This document shows positions 47,361 through 58,066 of a stretch of DNA of 64,000 bases, in pieces. Numbering within the stretch: position 1 is the first letter of the stretch; each line of letters begins with the position of its first letter. The notes beneath the pieces are model-generated. The model was not told the DNA's origin, searched no databases, and was given only the letters and a program-made list of their open reading frames with translations. Where the stretch lies: contig JAFVAQ010000035.1 in assembly GCA_017480495.1 (NCBI GenBank), positions 29,845-93,844 on the forward strand, read 5' to 3'. This DNA is from Eubacterium sp. GTDB lineage: Bacteria > Bacillota > Clostridia > Lachnospirales > Lachnospiraceae. The position numbers and the translations under genes were made by a program.

Positions 47361-48671
47361 TTATCTCTCCATCTTCCAGATTTCTGCGGAGTATGGCCTA
47401 AGCTCTGAGCCGCCGCCGAAGTCGTGGATCGTTCCTGTTATAAGTTCTTCCGCCTGGCCGCAGCCTGCATCGAAGTGAGCCGTAAATGGCTGGTCAGAAG
47501 CATTTATCGCAACGAGTATTCTCTCATTATCCGTTTTTCTCTCGAAGATACACTGATGATTTGTGAGTACCACGCTTCTAAAGGAGCCGTAGTTCAGCGC
47601 CTCATGTGTCTTCTTTATCTCCGCAAGCTTAGCTATAAAGTCTGTCAGCTCATTCCACTCTGGCTTATCGAAGCTAACTCTAAGAGCAGGATCTCCCTCT
47701 TCCTTTCGAGCCTCTGTTCCCCATTCACTTCCGTAGTATACACAAGGGAAACCTGGCATTCCAAACGACAGTGCATAAACAAGTGGCAAATGCTCCTTAT
47801 TCGAAAGGATACTAGCGATACGAGTAACATCGTGGTTATCCACAAAGCTCATAAGGTGCATTCCCCTGTAGCGGCACCAATCCTCTGGACCAAACTGCTG
47901 CATCAGAGAATGGATTATCTCAAACATATTCATTGAGTTGAAGCTGGAGTAGAGTCCCTTGTAGCAAGCATAGTTTGTACAACTGTCCAGCATTCCAGGT
48001 CCAACGAATTGAGCATAGTCACCGTGAAGCAGCTCACCCAGCAAGAGAAACTCTGGCTTCAGTCCTGCAGTAAACTCCCTCAGATTATGAATGAAGCCCC
48101 TATCCAGGCAATAAGCCACATCCAGTCTCAGTCCATCTATATCAAAATAGTCCACCCAGTACTTAACCTTATCAAAGATATGATCTACAACGGCAGGATT
48201 CTGAAGGTTCAGCTTAACCAGGTCGAAGTTTCCTTCCCAACCCTCATACCAGAAGCCATCGTTGTAATTAGAATTTCCATCAAAAGAGATATGGAACCAG
48301 TCCTTATATGGGCTATCCCACTTCTTCTCCAGAACATCCTGAAATGCCCAGAAGCCTCGGCCTACATGGTTAAATACTCCATCGAGCACGACCTTGATGC
48401 CCGCCGCATGCAGCTCCTCAACCACCTTCTTAAAATCTTCATTTGTTCCAAGTCTCTTATCTATCAGTCCATAATCTCTGGTGTTGTATCCATGAGTATC
48501 TGACTCAAAAACAGGCGAGAAGTAAATGGCATTTGCGCCCAGCTTCTCTATATGAGGTATCCAATCTATAACCTTGAGTATTCTGGACTCCTCCACCCCA
48601 TCGTTTTCAAATGGTGCTCCGCAGAATCCCAAAGGATATATCTGATAAAAAACTGACTCTTCAAACCACAT
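47361..48671 (-). CDS. GH13 alpha-amylase / cyclomaltodextrinase-like
   Basis: DGVFNH, GLRLDVA, GELLH, FVDNHD. Confidence 0.9.
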   Translation of the reverse strand: MWFEESVFYQIYPLGFCGAPFENDGVEESRILKVIDWIPHIEKLGANAIYFSPVFESDTHGYNTRDYGLIDKRLGTNEDFKKVVEELHAAGIKVVLDGVFNHVGRGFWAFQDVLEKKWDSPYKDWFHISFDGNSNYNDGFWYEGWEGNFDLVKLNLQNPAVVDHIFDKVKYWVDYFDIDGLRLDVAYCLDRGFIHNLREFTAGLKPEFLLLGELLHGDYAQFVGPGMLDSCTNYACYKGLYSSFNSMNMFEIIHSLMQQFGPEDWCRYRGMHLMSFVDNHDVTRIASILSNKEHLPLVYALSFGMPGFPCVYYGSEWGTEARKEEGDPALRVSFDKPEWNELTDFIAKLAEIKKTHEALNYGSFRSVVLTNHQCIFERKTDNERILVAINASDQPFTAHFDAGCGQAEELITGTIHDFGGGSELRPYSAEIWKMER

Positions 48672-48822
48672 AACTAAACCTCCTATTGGTATAATTGCTA
48701 ATATTCACATACAATTCCTAAAAGCCCTGGGCTGCTAACTTAACCGCAGCCTGCTCATACTTGCTTCCCAGCAAGCATGACCCGCTGCTGGTTTACACTC
48801 GATTCGCTTCGCAAATCGAGCC

Positions 48823-49884
48823 CTATCTCATCCAAACGTTCAGGTCGACCTGGGTTTCGATTCCGTCTACGAATCCTTTCGGTGTATATTGATACCCCTC
48901 GGTGTGGTATGGGAAGACCGGTGTATCATACGCCGCCAGCCAGAACTCATACTTTCCTATGGCATCAATATCCAGATATTTAACAAACTGATCCCTACTT
49001 GCATATATCATTGGTGTATAACCGGCTGCTTCTATGGTTTCGCAGAAGCCCACAACCGCCGCCGTTCTATCCTCAACAGATATATTATTAGTTCGAGCAC
49101 TGTCATCCTCGAAGATGTATTCTGTATCTATAACTATAGGCTGAGTTATCTTATAATCGCCAATCCTATCCAGCACATACTGTGCTTCCTCTACACCTTC
49201 ATCTCTATTTATGGCTGAAGAGAAGAAATAAACTCCCGTCTCTATACCAACCTCTGCTGCGCCTTTAAGATTAGCTGCCGCCTGAGTATCATCATGTATC
49301 TCACCGGTTCCGTAACCTCTATAGGCAAGTCTCACCATTGCTATCTGTACACCGGCACCTTTAACCTTCTCCCAGTCAATCTCATGCTGGAATTCGGACA
49401 CATCGATACCAATCCTTCCCTGAACCGCTCCATCCTTGTAATAGTTATAATACAGCTGTCCCTCGCCAACATAGAAGTCCTCGGCCCAGTTATATTCATT
49501 CCTAGTTACATTTGCACTAATCTTGATATACTCACACTCAGGATACTGGCCTATCAGGATATAGGCCATATTCAGATACCTGATGTAGTTTGCCTCCACG
49601 CATTCCTTCATCGAGTTATATCCGCCCATTTCGTCCGGAGAGGAAGTAACCCTGAAATTGATATTTTCATCAACTATCGCCATGGTATCCAGTGGCGTCG
49701 CTCTATGCTTTATTTGATAAACTCTCACGAGTCCGATGATTGTGCCGAGCACTACTATCCCGAAGAATATCCAAAGTCCCACAACCTGTTTCTGAAGAGA
49801 GCGAATCTTTTCCGCTTCTTTTCTAAGCTGAGCCTCGCTATGAGTCACACGCTTTTCAGTTCTATCACTATTTTCCTTCATCAA
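48823..49884 (-). CDS. Membrane-anchored GH25 lysozyme
   Basis: GIDVSEFQ, VYFFS, IDTE, VDLN; N-terminal TM. Confidence 0.85.
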   Translation of the reverse strand: MMKENSDRTEKRVTHSEAQLRKEAEKIRSLQKQVVGLWIFFGIVVLGTIIGLVRVYQIKHRATPLDTMAIVDENINFRVTSSPDEMGGYNSMKECVEANYIRYLNMAYILIGQYPECEYIKISANVTRNEYNWAEDFYVGEGQLYYNYYKDGAVQGRIGIDVSEFQHEIDWEKVKGAGVQIAMVRLAYRGYGTGEIHDDTQAAANLKGAAEVGIETGVYFFSSAINRDEGVEEAQYVLDRIGDYKITQPIVIDTEYIFEDDSARTNNISVEDRTAAVVGFCETIEAAGYTPMIYASRDQFVKYLDIDAIGKYEFWLAAYDTPVFPYHTEGYQYTPKGFVDGIETQVDLNVWMR

Positions 49885-52132
49885 TTTTACCTATCTTCAT
49901 AATTCTTATTATCTTTGCCCCCGCATACACAAGAACGATTCCAATCGCCGCAATGATCACTGTACTCACGGCATTCTGCTCCTCCGCGAAAAGCACTGGG
50001 AACATCTGTTCTAGCTTACCAGGATACTCCATCGAAATGACAGCAACAGCATTATTCAGGAAATGCATTATCATGGAAATGTAAATGCTATCGGAATAAT
50101 AAACAATAAATGCAAAGCACGCACCAAGTATCGCCGTCGGAATAAATCTGACGAAGCTTGTATGATAAGCTCCGAAGATCACCGCAACCAGCACAATAGT
50201 TGTCGCAGCCTTGTATCTGCTCCTAAGTCCTGACTGTATGAAACCTCTGAACATCATCTCCTCACATATCGCCGGAGTAAGCGCTACCACGAGAAGTGTC
50301 AGCGGCAGATTGTATCCCATAAGAGTTTCCGTCAGTCCATCATTTACCGAACCAAACGCCTCTGGGAAAAACGTATATAAAAATGTTGTTATCGTATTTT
50401 CAACGAGAAATGTACCCACGAAGAGGCACAGTCCACCCAGCAGTGAGGTGAGCTTAAAGCCCTTAAACTTATATGTCTCACGAATGCTTCTCTTTGTATA
50501 GATCACGAATATCAGTGGCAGCGCAAGTATGATCATCTGGCTATAGAAAACTCCTGCGAAGCCATACTGCACCTGAAGGAGCGATCCTATATACAGGTAA
50601 ATAATCATTACAAAACAAACGATAAACCACGCATCTCCCGAAGTTGGAACTCCGCCCTTCTTCATATTCGATCTACGCTGGAACAGCTGAACCCCGCTCC
50701 TACCCTCATCGAAGAGTATACCCTCGCTATCATATATGCGACTCAGGAAAAGAATCGCAAGTATAGCATATAGGATGTTACTGATAAGAACTATCGCGAC
50801 CGTTGACATTTCCGCCTTGAAGAGCAGTAGGTTCTTAATCATAAGACAAATGTTCGCTACCGGAACGAGCGCCATATTTTTAGTCAGCTCGATATTTGGA
50901 ATGAATCCGATATAAGCCGTCAGCATCACCACGAGCGTCAGTGGTGTTATATAGTTATTCGCCTCTTTATATGACTTCGCTAGCGCTGTTATGCACATAG
51001 TAACCGCCGATATGAAAAGGGAAAATGCCAAAACCGCGAGCACTGTCACCAACATTGCTGGCACAAAGCTTCCTACATGGAAGTTCTTCAGATCAAATCC
51101 AAGATCTGCCGCATACTGAGACTGTACGAGCTTCAGCATATATAGAACCATCAGTCCCATGGACAGCATGTTGAGAAGCGCTGATGCGATTCCCATGAGC
51201 GCAACCGTCAGGAATTTTGCAATTATTATTTCATGATTCTTAACCGGCAGAGTCAGCAGAGTTTCAAGAGTTCCTCTCTCCTTCTCGCCCGCCGTTGTAT
51301 CAATTGCTGGGTACATCGTTCCCATGAGGAGACTGACTATCAGCATAAAGGGAAGTATCATTCCCAGCAGGCTTCCTGCCGACTGCTCAGTACTTGCGAT
51401 GTTATCTCTCTTTATCTTGAAAGGATGCGTCACCTTCTCCGCATCGAGGCCTTCTGCCTCCAGGCTTTCCTCTATCTGCTTATCCGTCATATCATCGAGG
51501 ACTTCCTTAACGATAGTCTCCGCATAATCAGAATCGGTAATAGAAGAAACATACTTCGTGGTATAGGTTAGTCTTCCGTCTTCACCAACCTCGCTAGTCA
51601 CATAAACATCGACCTTCTCATTCTGAAGGAGTTTATCTACCAGTTCCTGTCGACTCTTCTCGTCATCCCCTGAGAGAGTGTACTCACCTTCTGCAAGGAT
51701 TTCATCTAGCTTTTTTACTGTCAGCTGATCGGAAACCTTTTCTTTCGAATCCTTTTCTGTTCCATCTGTTCCTAAACCACCCACTTCATTTCCATCTGTT
51801 TCTTCATTTTCTTCAGCAGATGTTTCCACCTCGGAGGAACTCACTTCTGTTGAGCTTTCTTCCGAGCTTTCTTTTTTTATATCCCCACTTTTCTTCTCAT
51901 TATAAAGAACGATCTGTTCCTCCAGCCGTCCTTCATCCTCCACATCCACAAGAACAGTATATTCGCCCTGTTCCATGCTGGACTGGATCATTGTCATTAC
52001 CGCAAATGCACCAAAGAATATCAGCGGATATATAAGCAGTGGAACGAGAACCAGCATTATTATAGCCTTGCGGTCTCTGAATACATCCAGGAGCTCCTTT
52101 TTAAGGAGCAATTTTATAACCTTACTCCTCAT
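49868..52132 (-). CDS. ABC-2 permease (NatB-like) fused to CPBP/Abi intramembrane protease
   Basis: AGEKERGTLETLL; EEMMFRG, FGAYH, HFLNN. Confidence 0.9.
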   Translation of the reverse strand: MRSKVIKLLLKKELLDVFRDRKAIIMLVLVPLLIYPLIFFGAFAVMTMIQSSMEQGEYTVLVDVEDEGRLEEQIVLYNEKKSGDIKKESSEESSTEVSSSEVETSAEENEETDGNEVGGLGTDGTEKDSKEKVSDQLTVKKLDEILAEGEYTLSGDDEKSRQELVDKLLQNEKVDVYVTSEVGEDGRLTYTTKYVSSITDSDYAETIVKEVLDDMTDKQIEESLEAEGLDAEKVTHPFKIKRDNIASTEQSAGSLLGMILPFMLIVSLLMGTMYPAIDTTAGEKERGTLETLLTLPVKNHEIIIAKFLTVALMGIASALLNMLSMGLMVLYMLKLVQSQYAADLGFDLKNFHVGSFVPAMLVTVLAVLAFSLFISAVTMCITALAKSYKEANNYITPLTLVVMLTAYIGFIPNIELTKNMALVPVANICLMIKNLLLFKAEMSTVAIVLISNILYAILAILFLSRIYDSEGILFDEGRSGVQLFQRRSNMKKGGVPTSGDAWFIVCFVMIIYLYIGSLLQVQYGFAGVFYSQMIILALPLIFVIYTKRSIRETYKFKGFKLTSLLGGLCLFVGTFLVENTITTFLYTFFPEAFGSVNDGLTETLMGYNLPLTLLVVALTPAICEEMMFRGFIQSGLRSRYKAATTIVLVAVIFGAYHTSFVRFIPTAILGACFAFIVYYSDSIYISMIMHFLNNAVAVISMEYPGKLEQMFPVLFAEEQNAVSTVIIAAIGIVLVYAGAKIIRIMKIGKIDEGK

Positions 52133-52949
52133 AGCTGATTCCCTCCGATTTAATTATCTCATAGAAAGCGCCGCGCATATCCTTAGCTCCAGTGCGTCTC
52201 TTCAGCTCCGCAGGGCTATCATTTGTGATGGTCCTCCCCTTGTTGAGCATGATGATCCTATCGCACAGATACTCCGCCTCTTCCATATAGTGAGTGGAAT
52301 AAATGACCGTCTTGCCGCGCTCCTTCTCACTCTTCATGAATTCAATAATAGCTGTGCTGCTTATGATATCTAGACCCAGAGTCGGCTCATCAAAGATATA
52401 AATGTCAGGGTTATGAACTATGCATCTCGCAATAGACGCTCTCTGTGTCTGTCCCGTCGACAGCTTCTCTATACGGTTATCTATAAACTCCTGCATATTT
52501 AGGAGCTCATTCACTTCTTCTATTCTCTCCTCGATTTCAGCATCGCTGGCACCATATACGCCCGCGAAGATCCTAAGCATCTCACGAACAGACAGTCTAC
52601 CGTAAAGCTTGGTATTTCCTGAGAGGTAGCCAATCCTCGCCTTTATATCAAGAGCTTTCCTTATCTCTACCTCCGTTTTTCCACCATGAGAATCTTCTCT
52701 AGCGTTCTGAGAATCATTTTTCCCACTAGTAGCATTCACCTTTAGATATACTTCCCCCGATGTCGGTTCCATGAGAGTCGCAAGCATACGAAGAAGAGTC
52801 GTCTTACCAGCACCATTTGGTCCAAGTATTCCAACTATCTCTCCAGGACTAGCAGTAAGGGAAATGCCATCGACGGCATTGAACTCGACCTTCTTACCCT
52901 TGTCCTCGGTTCTGTAGAAACTTTTTACTAGATTATCTGCGACAAGCAT
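52122..52949 (-). CDS. ABC ATP-binding protein (NatA-like)
   Basis: GPNGAGKT, LSTGQ, FDEPT, STH. Confidence 0.9.
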   Translation of the reverse strand: MLVADNLVKSFYRTEDKGKKVEFNAVDGISLTASPGEIVGILGPNGAGKTTLLRMLATLMEPTSGEVYLKVNATSGKNDSQNAREDSHGGKTEVEIRKALDIKARIGYLSGNTKLYGRLSVREMLRIFAGVYGASDAEIEERIEEVNELLNMQEFIDNRIEKLSTGQTQRASIARCIVHNPDIYIFDEPTLGLDIISSTAIIEFMKSEKERGKTVIYSTHYMEEAEYLCDRIIMLNKGRTITNDSPAELKRRTGAKDMRGAFYEIIKSEGISYEE

Positions 52950-53029
52950 TTTTACCCCTCATCAGTCAGCTTCGCTGACAGCTTATAGTATATCATACAT
53001 AGCTAAATTGAGAAAGTTTATCAATAAAC

Positions 53030-53165
53030 GCAAAAAGAGAAAGAGCCTGTCAGACCATCTACCCCTATCTGGTCTGACAAGCTCTTTCAAGCCGATCTAT
53101 TAGGGCACACCCATAATACCTTCCTAAGTTGGTCAGCTAGACTGACCTTTCTTTGATTAACTGTA
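53030..53165 (-). ncRNA. Candidate small RNA
   Basis: Extended -10 TGCTAAAAT just upstream, 5' hairpin GGTCAG/CTGACC, long terminator stem with T-tract; no substantial ORF. Confidence 0.4.
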
Positions 53166-53338
53166 GATTATTTTAGCATATTTTCACAAATTAGGGAAGT
53201 GTTTTTGTGCACTTTATATAAATTTTGGTACATTTCCACAAATTCAGTCAAAAACCGCCTGCAAAACAAAGGCTTTACAGGCGGCATTTTATCAAGTTGC
53301 ACAAAATATTAGAAATATCTCTAATTATAACATTTTCT

Positions 53339-54982
53339 TTAATTTCTATTTTCGCGATCTACCAGGTTCTTTGCACCATAGATTTCACGGAGACGAGGCT
53401 TCTCAATCTTACCAGTTGCATTTCTAGGAACCTCTGCAAAAATGATCTTACGAGGTCTCTTGTATCTAGGCAGCTCGAGGCAGAAGCTATTCATCTCGTC
53501 CTCAGTACACTCCTCGCCTTCCTTCAGCTGAATGATGGCACAGGATATCTCACCGAGTCTCTCGTCACCGATACCGATGACTGCAACGTCCTGAACCTTT
53601 CTGTTCTTCATAATGAAGCTCTCGATCTGAACAGGGTAGATATTCTCACCACCACTGATGATAACGTCCTTCTTACGATCAACAAGCCAGATGAATCCAT
53701 CCTCGTCATACTTAGCCATATCACCAGTATAGAGCCATCCATCCTTCAGGCACTCGTTAGTAGCTTCTTCATTCTTATAGTAGCAAGTCATTACACCAGG
53801 GCCCTTAACACAGAGCTCTCCAACAGAATCACTGTCACTCTTGTCAACTATCTGACCATTCTCGTCTACTATCTTACACTCCCATCCATATCCAGGAACG
53901 CCGATAGCTCCGACATGATCTATATTCTCGATTCCGAGGTGTACGCAGCCTGGTCCAATAGACTCAGACAGACCGTAGTTTGTATCATAATCATGCTTAG
54001 GGAACATAGTCTTCCATCTAGTTATAAGACTTGCTGGAACTGGCTGTGCACCTATATGCATGAGTCTCCACTGATCTAGTTCGTAGTCATCCTTATTCAG
54101 CTTGCCACTCTCAAGGGCGATAAGAAGGTCCTGTGCCCATGGAACAAGGAGCCACACGATGGTACATTTCTCTGTACTTACTGCACTCAGAATGTCCTCT
54201 GGCTTAGTACCCTTCAGAAGTACTGCCTTTCCACCTGACTGAAGGCTTCCGAACCAGTGCATCTTAGCTCCCGTATGATATAGAGGAGGGATGCAAAGGA
54301 ATACATCATCCTTTGTCTGTCCGTGGTGCGCCTGCTCAACCTTAGCACTATGCACGAGTGATTCATGCTTATGCAGGATAGCCTTAGGGAATCCTGTAGT
54401 ACCTGATGAGAAGTAGATAGCACCGTAGTCCTCATCTGTTATCTTGATATCAGGCGAAACTGAGCTGGAATTAGCAACCATCTCATTGTAGTCCTCTGCA
54501 AAGGAAGGACAATTCTCGCCAACATAGAATAGAAGTCTATTCTTTGATATTCTCTCTGCAATTTCTTCTACACGACCGATGAATTCTGGTCCGAACACAA
54601 GGATATCAACATCCGCAAGGTCCACGCAGTACTCTATCTCGTCTGCGTCGTAACGGAAGTTAAGTGGCACTGCTATAGCACCTGTCTTCAGAATTCCGAA
54701 ATAAATAGGAAGCCACTCGAGGCAGTTCATCAGAAGAATTCCGACCTTGTCGTCCTTCTTGATACCACGGCTCAGCAGAAGATTTGCAAATCTATTAGCC
54801 TTCTCGTTAAATACACCCCAAGTAATTTCTCTTCTATATGGTGCCTTTGGATTTGGCTCCATCAGTTCATATTCTCTCCAAGTAACTCGTCTAACCTCTG
54901 TAATAGCAGGATTCAGTTCTACCAATGCTGTGTCATTGGTATATTCTCTGGCATTTCTCTCCAGAAGCTCTGTAATAGGCAT
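53339..54982 (-). CDS. Acyl-CoA ligase (class I adenylate-forming enzyme)
   Basis: FSSGTTGFPKA, NYGLSE, YTGD, DRKKDVIISGGENIYP; GGGAGG RBS before ATG 54982. Confidence 0.9.
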   Translation of the reverse strand: MPITELLERNAREYTNDTALVELNPAITEVRRVTWREYELMEPNPKAPYRREITWGVFNEKANRFANLLLSRGIKKDDKVGILLMNCLEWLPIYFGILKTGAIAVPLNFRYDADEIEYCVDLADVDILVFGPEFIGRVEEIAERISKNRLLFYVGENCPSFAEDYNEMVANSSSVSPDIKITDEDYGAIYFSSGTTGFPKAILHKHESLVHSAKVEQAHHGQTKDDVFLCIPPLYHTGAKMHWFGSLQSGGKAVLLKGTKPEDILSAVSTEKCTIVWLLVPWAQDLLIALESGKLNKDDYELDQWRLMHIGAQPVPASLITRWKTMFPKHDYDTNYGLSESIGPGCVHLGIENIDHVGAIGVPGYGWECKIVDENGQIVDKSDSDSVGELCVKGPGVMTCYYKNEEATNECLKDGWLYTGDMAKYDEDGFIWLVDRKKDVIISGGENIYPVQIESFIMKNRKVQDVAVIGIGDERLGEISCAIIQLKEGEECTEDEMNSFCLELPRYKRPRKIIFAEVPRNATGKIEKPRLREIYGAKNLVDRENRN

Positions 54983-55085
54983 ATCACTGTCCTCCCAAAT
55001 CAATTCTAAAGTAAAAGGAAGTGGTCCCAAAGACCACTTCCCTTATCTTACTCCAAAAATTCAAGCACGTCAACGCATTATCGCT

Positions 55086-56270
55086 TTAGCGCGGTAAAGA
55101 AACCATAAACATTTTTCCGTAGTTTGCAGCTATATGATATTTTCTAATAAGTGGCTGCTGAACCAGCCTGATATTCCAGCCGTGCATCTCAACTATCTTT
55201 CTCGCGATTGATAGGCCGAGGCCCGAACCGCCCTTACTACTTCTGGATTCGTCACCCATGACAAAGGCGTCAAATATCGTCTCCGCCATATCCTCTGGAA
55301 TGAGTTCTCCGTTATCCGCAACCATCACGCGGACGAAGTCATCCTCTACAGTTACGAAGAGTCCTATCGCCGTACCAGGCTTGTTGTGACGGATGGCATT
55401 TGTGATAAGATTCGTAATAACTCTGGAAACCTGCAATTTATCCAACGAAAAGAGCGCCTTTTCCTCTGGGATTTCTACATCTAGCTCCATTCCTGCATCT
55501 TCTATATCCTGATACTGGAAGGCCGCCGCCTCACGCACCAGCTCGCATATACCCTCATCCTTTTTATTTAGGCTGAAGCCCTTGCTATCGAGCCTCACAT
55601 AGTCAAAGAGGAGATTGATGAGGTTATTCATTCTGTCGCTCTTGACATTTATTGCTTCCAGATATTCTCGCTTTTTGTCGTCTGACACCATATCATCCAG
55701 GAGAGCACGTGAATAACCCGACACGGTTGTCATCGGAGTCCTTAAGTCGTGAGCTATATCTGATAGCATCAGATTCTTCTGTTCATTATATTCATAGAGT
55801 TGGCTTTTCTCTTCCTCCGCGAGCTTATCCATTTCCTTTATTACTATTCGTATAAAGGCAAATGCACCAACTATATAAGGAATAGCTATTACTATCAGCA
55901 TGCCCAGCAGGATCAGCATAAGAAGAAGTTCTTCTTTAGTACCCAGCGCGCTCACTACACTTTTATCATCCATTCCAAGACTTCTCATGAGTGCACCCGA
56001 TCCAATGTCAGAAAGAGTCGTCAGCTGTGGTGGAACAAGTAGCTTTACAAATTCACCGAGAATATTTCCCATCAGAACAAATAGAATAATGATAAGACTG
56101 ACTATTCCCATCAGCTCAGTATCAGCGCCCTTGAAGAAATAATACATGACAATAGGAACGAGAGTATGGTTCAAAATGACTAGGATACCATACTCCGCTA
56201 CACTAACCAATAATATGATTTTTAGGAATTTTTTTACCAGAAATGTCTGAAGTGATCTATATTTTTCCAT
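55086..56270 (-). CDS. Sensor histidine kinase
   Basis: AHDLRTPMT, NLITNA, GSGLGL. Confidence 0.95.
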   Translation of the reverse strand: MEKYRSLQTFLVKKFLKIILLVSVAEYGILVILNHTLVPIVMYYFFKGADTELMGIVSLIIILFVLMGNILGEFVKLLVPPQLTTLSDIGSGALMRSLGMDDKSVVSALGTKEELLLMLILLGMLIVIAIPYIVGAFAFIRIVIKEMDKLAEEEKSQLYEYNEQKNLMLSDIAHDLRTPMTTVSGYSRALLDDMVSDDKKREYLEAINVKSDRMNNLINLLFDYVRLDSKGFSLNKKDEGICELVREAAAFQYQDIEDAGMELDVEIPEEKALFSLDKLQVSRVITNLITNAIRHNKPGTAIGLFVTVEDDFVRVMVADNGELIPEDMAETIFDAFVMGDESRSSKGGSGLGLSIARKIVEMHGWNIRLVQQPLIRKYHIAANYGKMFMVSLPR

Positions 56271-56283
56271 CCTTCACTCCGCT

Positions 56284-56967
56284 TTATTTCTCTAGTCTGT
56301 AGCCCAGACCGCGCATTGTCTTTATATATTCAGCAGGATCCTCAGACAGCTTCGAGCGAAGCTTGCTGATGCAGACCATTATGTTATTATCTGCTATGAA
56401 ATAATCCTCGCCCCAGCCATATTCATATATCTGCTGTTTTGTGAAAACCTTGCCTGGATGGTTCATGAAGAGTTCCATTATCTTATACTCGATACTTGTG
56501 AGCTCGATAGGTTCACCATCCTTCTTAAGGGTACAAGATTCCTGATCCAGTTCCAGATCCCTTACCTTTACAGTAGGAAGCTTAACCTCACTGGAACCCA
56601 ACTTGTAGAATCTTCTTATATTTGAATTGATTCTGGCAACTGCCTCGAGAGCATTGAAAGGCTTAGCAATGTAATCATCAGCTCCTAGATTGAGGCCTAG
56701 AATTTTCTCGGAATCGGCATCTTTAGCCGAGAGGATAATAACCGGGATGTTACTATCCTCTCTAAGCTTTCTTAGCACCTGATATCCATCCATGCCTGGC
56801 ATCATTATATCCAGCACGCATAGGTCCGGTTTATCGCTCTTCAGCTTTTCCATAGCCTCCAGACCGTCTACAGCTTCTACTACACTGTAGCCCTCATTTT
56901 CAAGATATAGCTTCAGCAGACTTCTTATCTCTGCCTCATCATCAGCAACCAGAATCTTATAGTTCAT
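56284..56967 (-). CDS. OmpR-family response regulator
   Basis: LDIMMP, GADDYIAKPF, winged helix RGLGY. Confidence 0.95.
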   Translation of the reverse strand: MNYKILVADDEAEIRSLLKLYLENEGYSVVEAVDGLEAMEKLKSDKPDLCVLDIMMPGMDGYQVLRKLREDSNIPVIILSAKDADSEKILGLNLGADDYIAKPFNALEAVARINSNIRRFYKLGSSEVKLPTVKVRDLELDQESCTLKKDGEPIELTSIEYKIMELFMNHPGKVFTKQQIYEYGWGEDYFIADNNIMVCISKLRSKLSEDPAEYIKTMRGLGYRLEK

Positions 56968-57010
56968 TTTTCATCCTTTATTATATAAATGGTTAATAGT
57001 TACATTTCCC

Positions 57011-57841
57011 TTATGCAGCCTTGCCATACTTAAGTGTCTCATAAAGAGCTGCATCTGTCGAGCATCTATATGGCTCTACGTAGAATATTGAAAGAATTCC
57101 ACATGTAAGGATTGAGAGAAGCTCCCAACCAATGAAGGAAAGATCAAGTACAAATGTTCTCCACTTATTGCCCTTCATAAGAGCCTTGCTTTCAGCAAGC
57201 GCATCCTTGTAGGACATTTCGCTATTATCCGCAAGAATATATGCTACAAGTCTATACTGATAAGACTTGATGATTCCTGGGATAAAGAAAAGTAGTGACC
57301 AAAGTGTTATAAACAGATCCTTCATGAACATACCCTTAACGATGTTCTTATAATTATGATCGAAGGCGTATACAACATTTGAAAGCTGCGCTGACTCATC
57401 CAGGTTCTTGAAGAAGAACTTGCGGCAGCCCATTTCAATAGGGTTGAGTATAAATGCGTCAAATAGAATTGCGATTGCAATAATGAAGACACATACAACT
57501 ACCATTGTTACAGCGAAAGCGAAAATCGCTTCAGTTGGCATTTGCTCAGCAGTTACTTCACCATTATCTGTAGTGGTAACTATCATATTACCATCATCTT
57601 GAGTTACTTCAACTGTAATTGAGCCATCTTCACTACTTGATTCCTCTTCCTTCTGCTCTTCTTCAACAATGCCGAATCTTTGTGCAGCGCCGCTTCCAAA
57701 GCTACCACCTGATCCGCTGCCTGCACTGGCAGTTCCAAGTACGAACGCAAGTATGAGTGCTACCAGCACTGACTTCCAATAATTTCTCTTGAAAGCTTCC
57801 TTACCTTTTGTTTTAAGCTCTTTTCTTGTCCACATATCCAT
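57011..57841 (-). CDS. DUF975 family membrane protein
   Basis: WTRKELK, PGIIKSYQY, S..LMKGNKW. Confidence 0.85.
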   Translation of the reverse strand: MDMWTRKELKTKGKEAFKRNYWKSVLVALILAFVLGTASAGSGSGGSFGSGAAQRFGIVEEEQKEEESSSEDGSITVEVTQDDGNMIVTTTDNGEVTAEQMPTEAIFAFAVTMVVVCVFIIAIAILFDAFILNPIEMGCRKFFFKNLDESAQLSNVVYAFDHNYKNIVKGMFMKDLFITLWSLLFFIPGIIKSYQYRLVAYILADNSEMSYKDALAESKALMKGNKWRTFVLDLSFIGWELLSILTCGILSIFYVEPYRCSTDAALYETLKYGKAA

Positions 57842-57919
57842 CTCCTCCTCTCATATGTGACAACCAATCTTGACTATGGTCTAATCATATCAGAGGATTC
57901 TTTCCGAAAAAATCGCTTA

Positions 57920-57940
57920 ACCTTAACACTACCTTAACAC
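57920..57940 (-). promoter_or_regulatory. OmpR-type direct-repeat box
   Basis: ACCTTAACAC twice at 11-bp period upstream of the DUF975-RR-HK operon. Confidence 0.6.
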
Positions 57941-57951
57941 CCTCTAAATGA

Positions 57952-58039
57952 GCAAATGGGGACGGTTCTGTTTTGCATATATGCAAATAGGGACGGTTCT
58001 CATTTGCACATATGCAAAACAGAACCGTCCCCATTTGCA
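57952..58039. repeat. REP-like cluster, TGCAAA-arm variant (two direct, one inverted)
   Basis: gcaaat(g/a)gggacggttct..tttgc at 57952 and 57982; inverted at 58013. Confidence 0.9.
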
Positions 58040-58066
58040 CAGTCCCATTTTTTCATTATCTAAAAA

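Noticed and set aside
48823-49884. GH25 lysozyme as a prophage endolysin
   Set aside because: Membrane-anchored, overlaps the ABC permease gene, and has no holin or phage genes nearby
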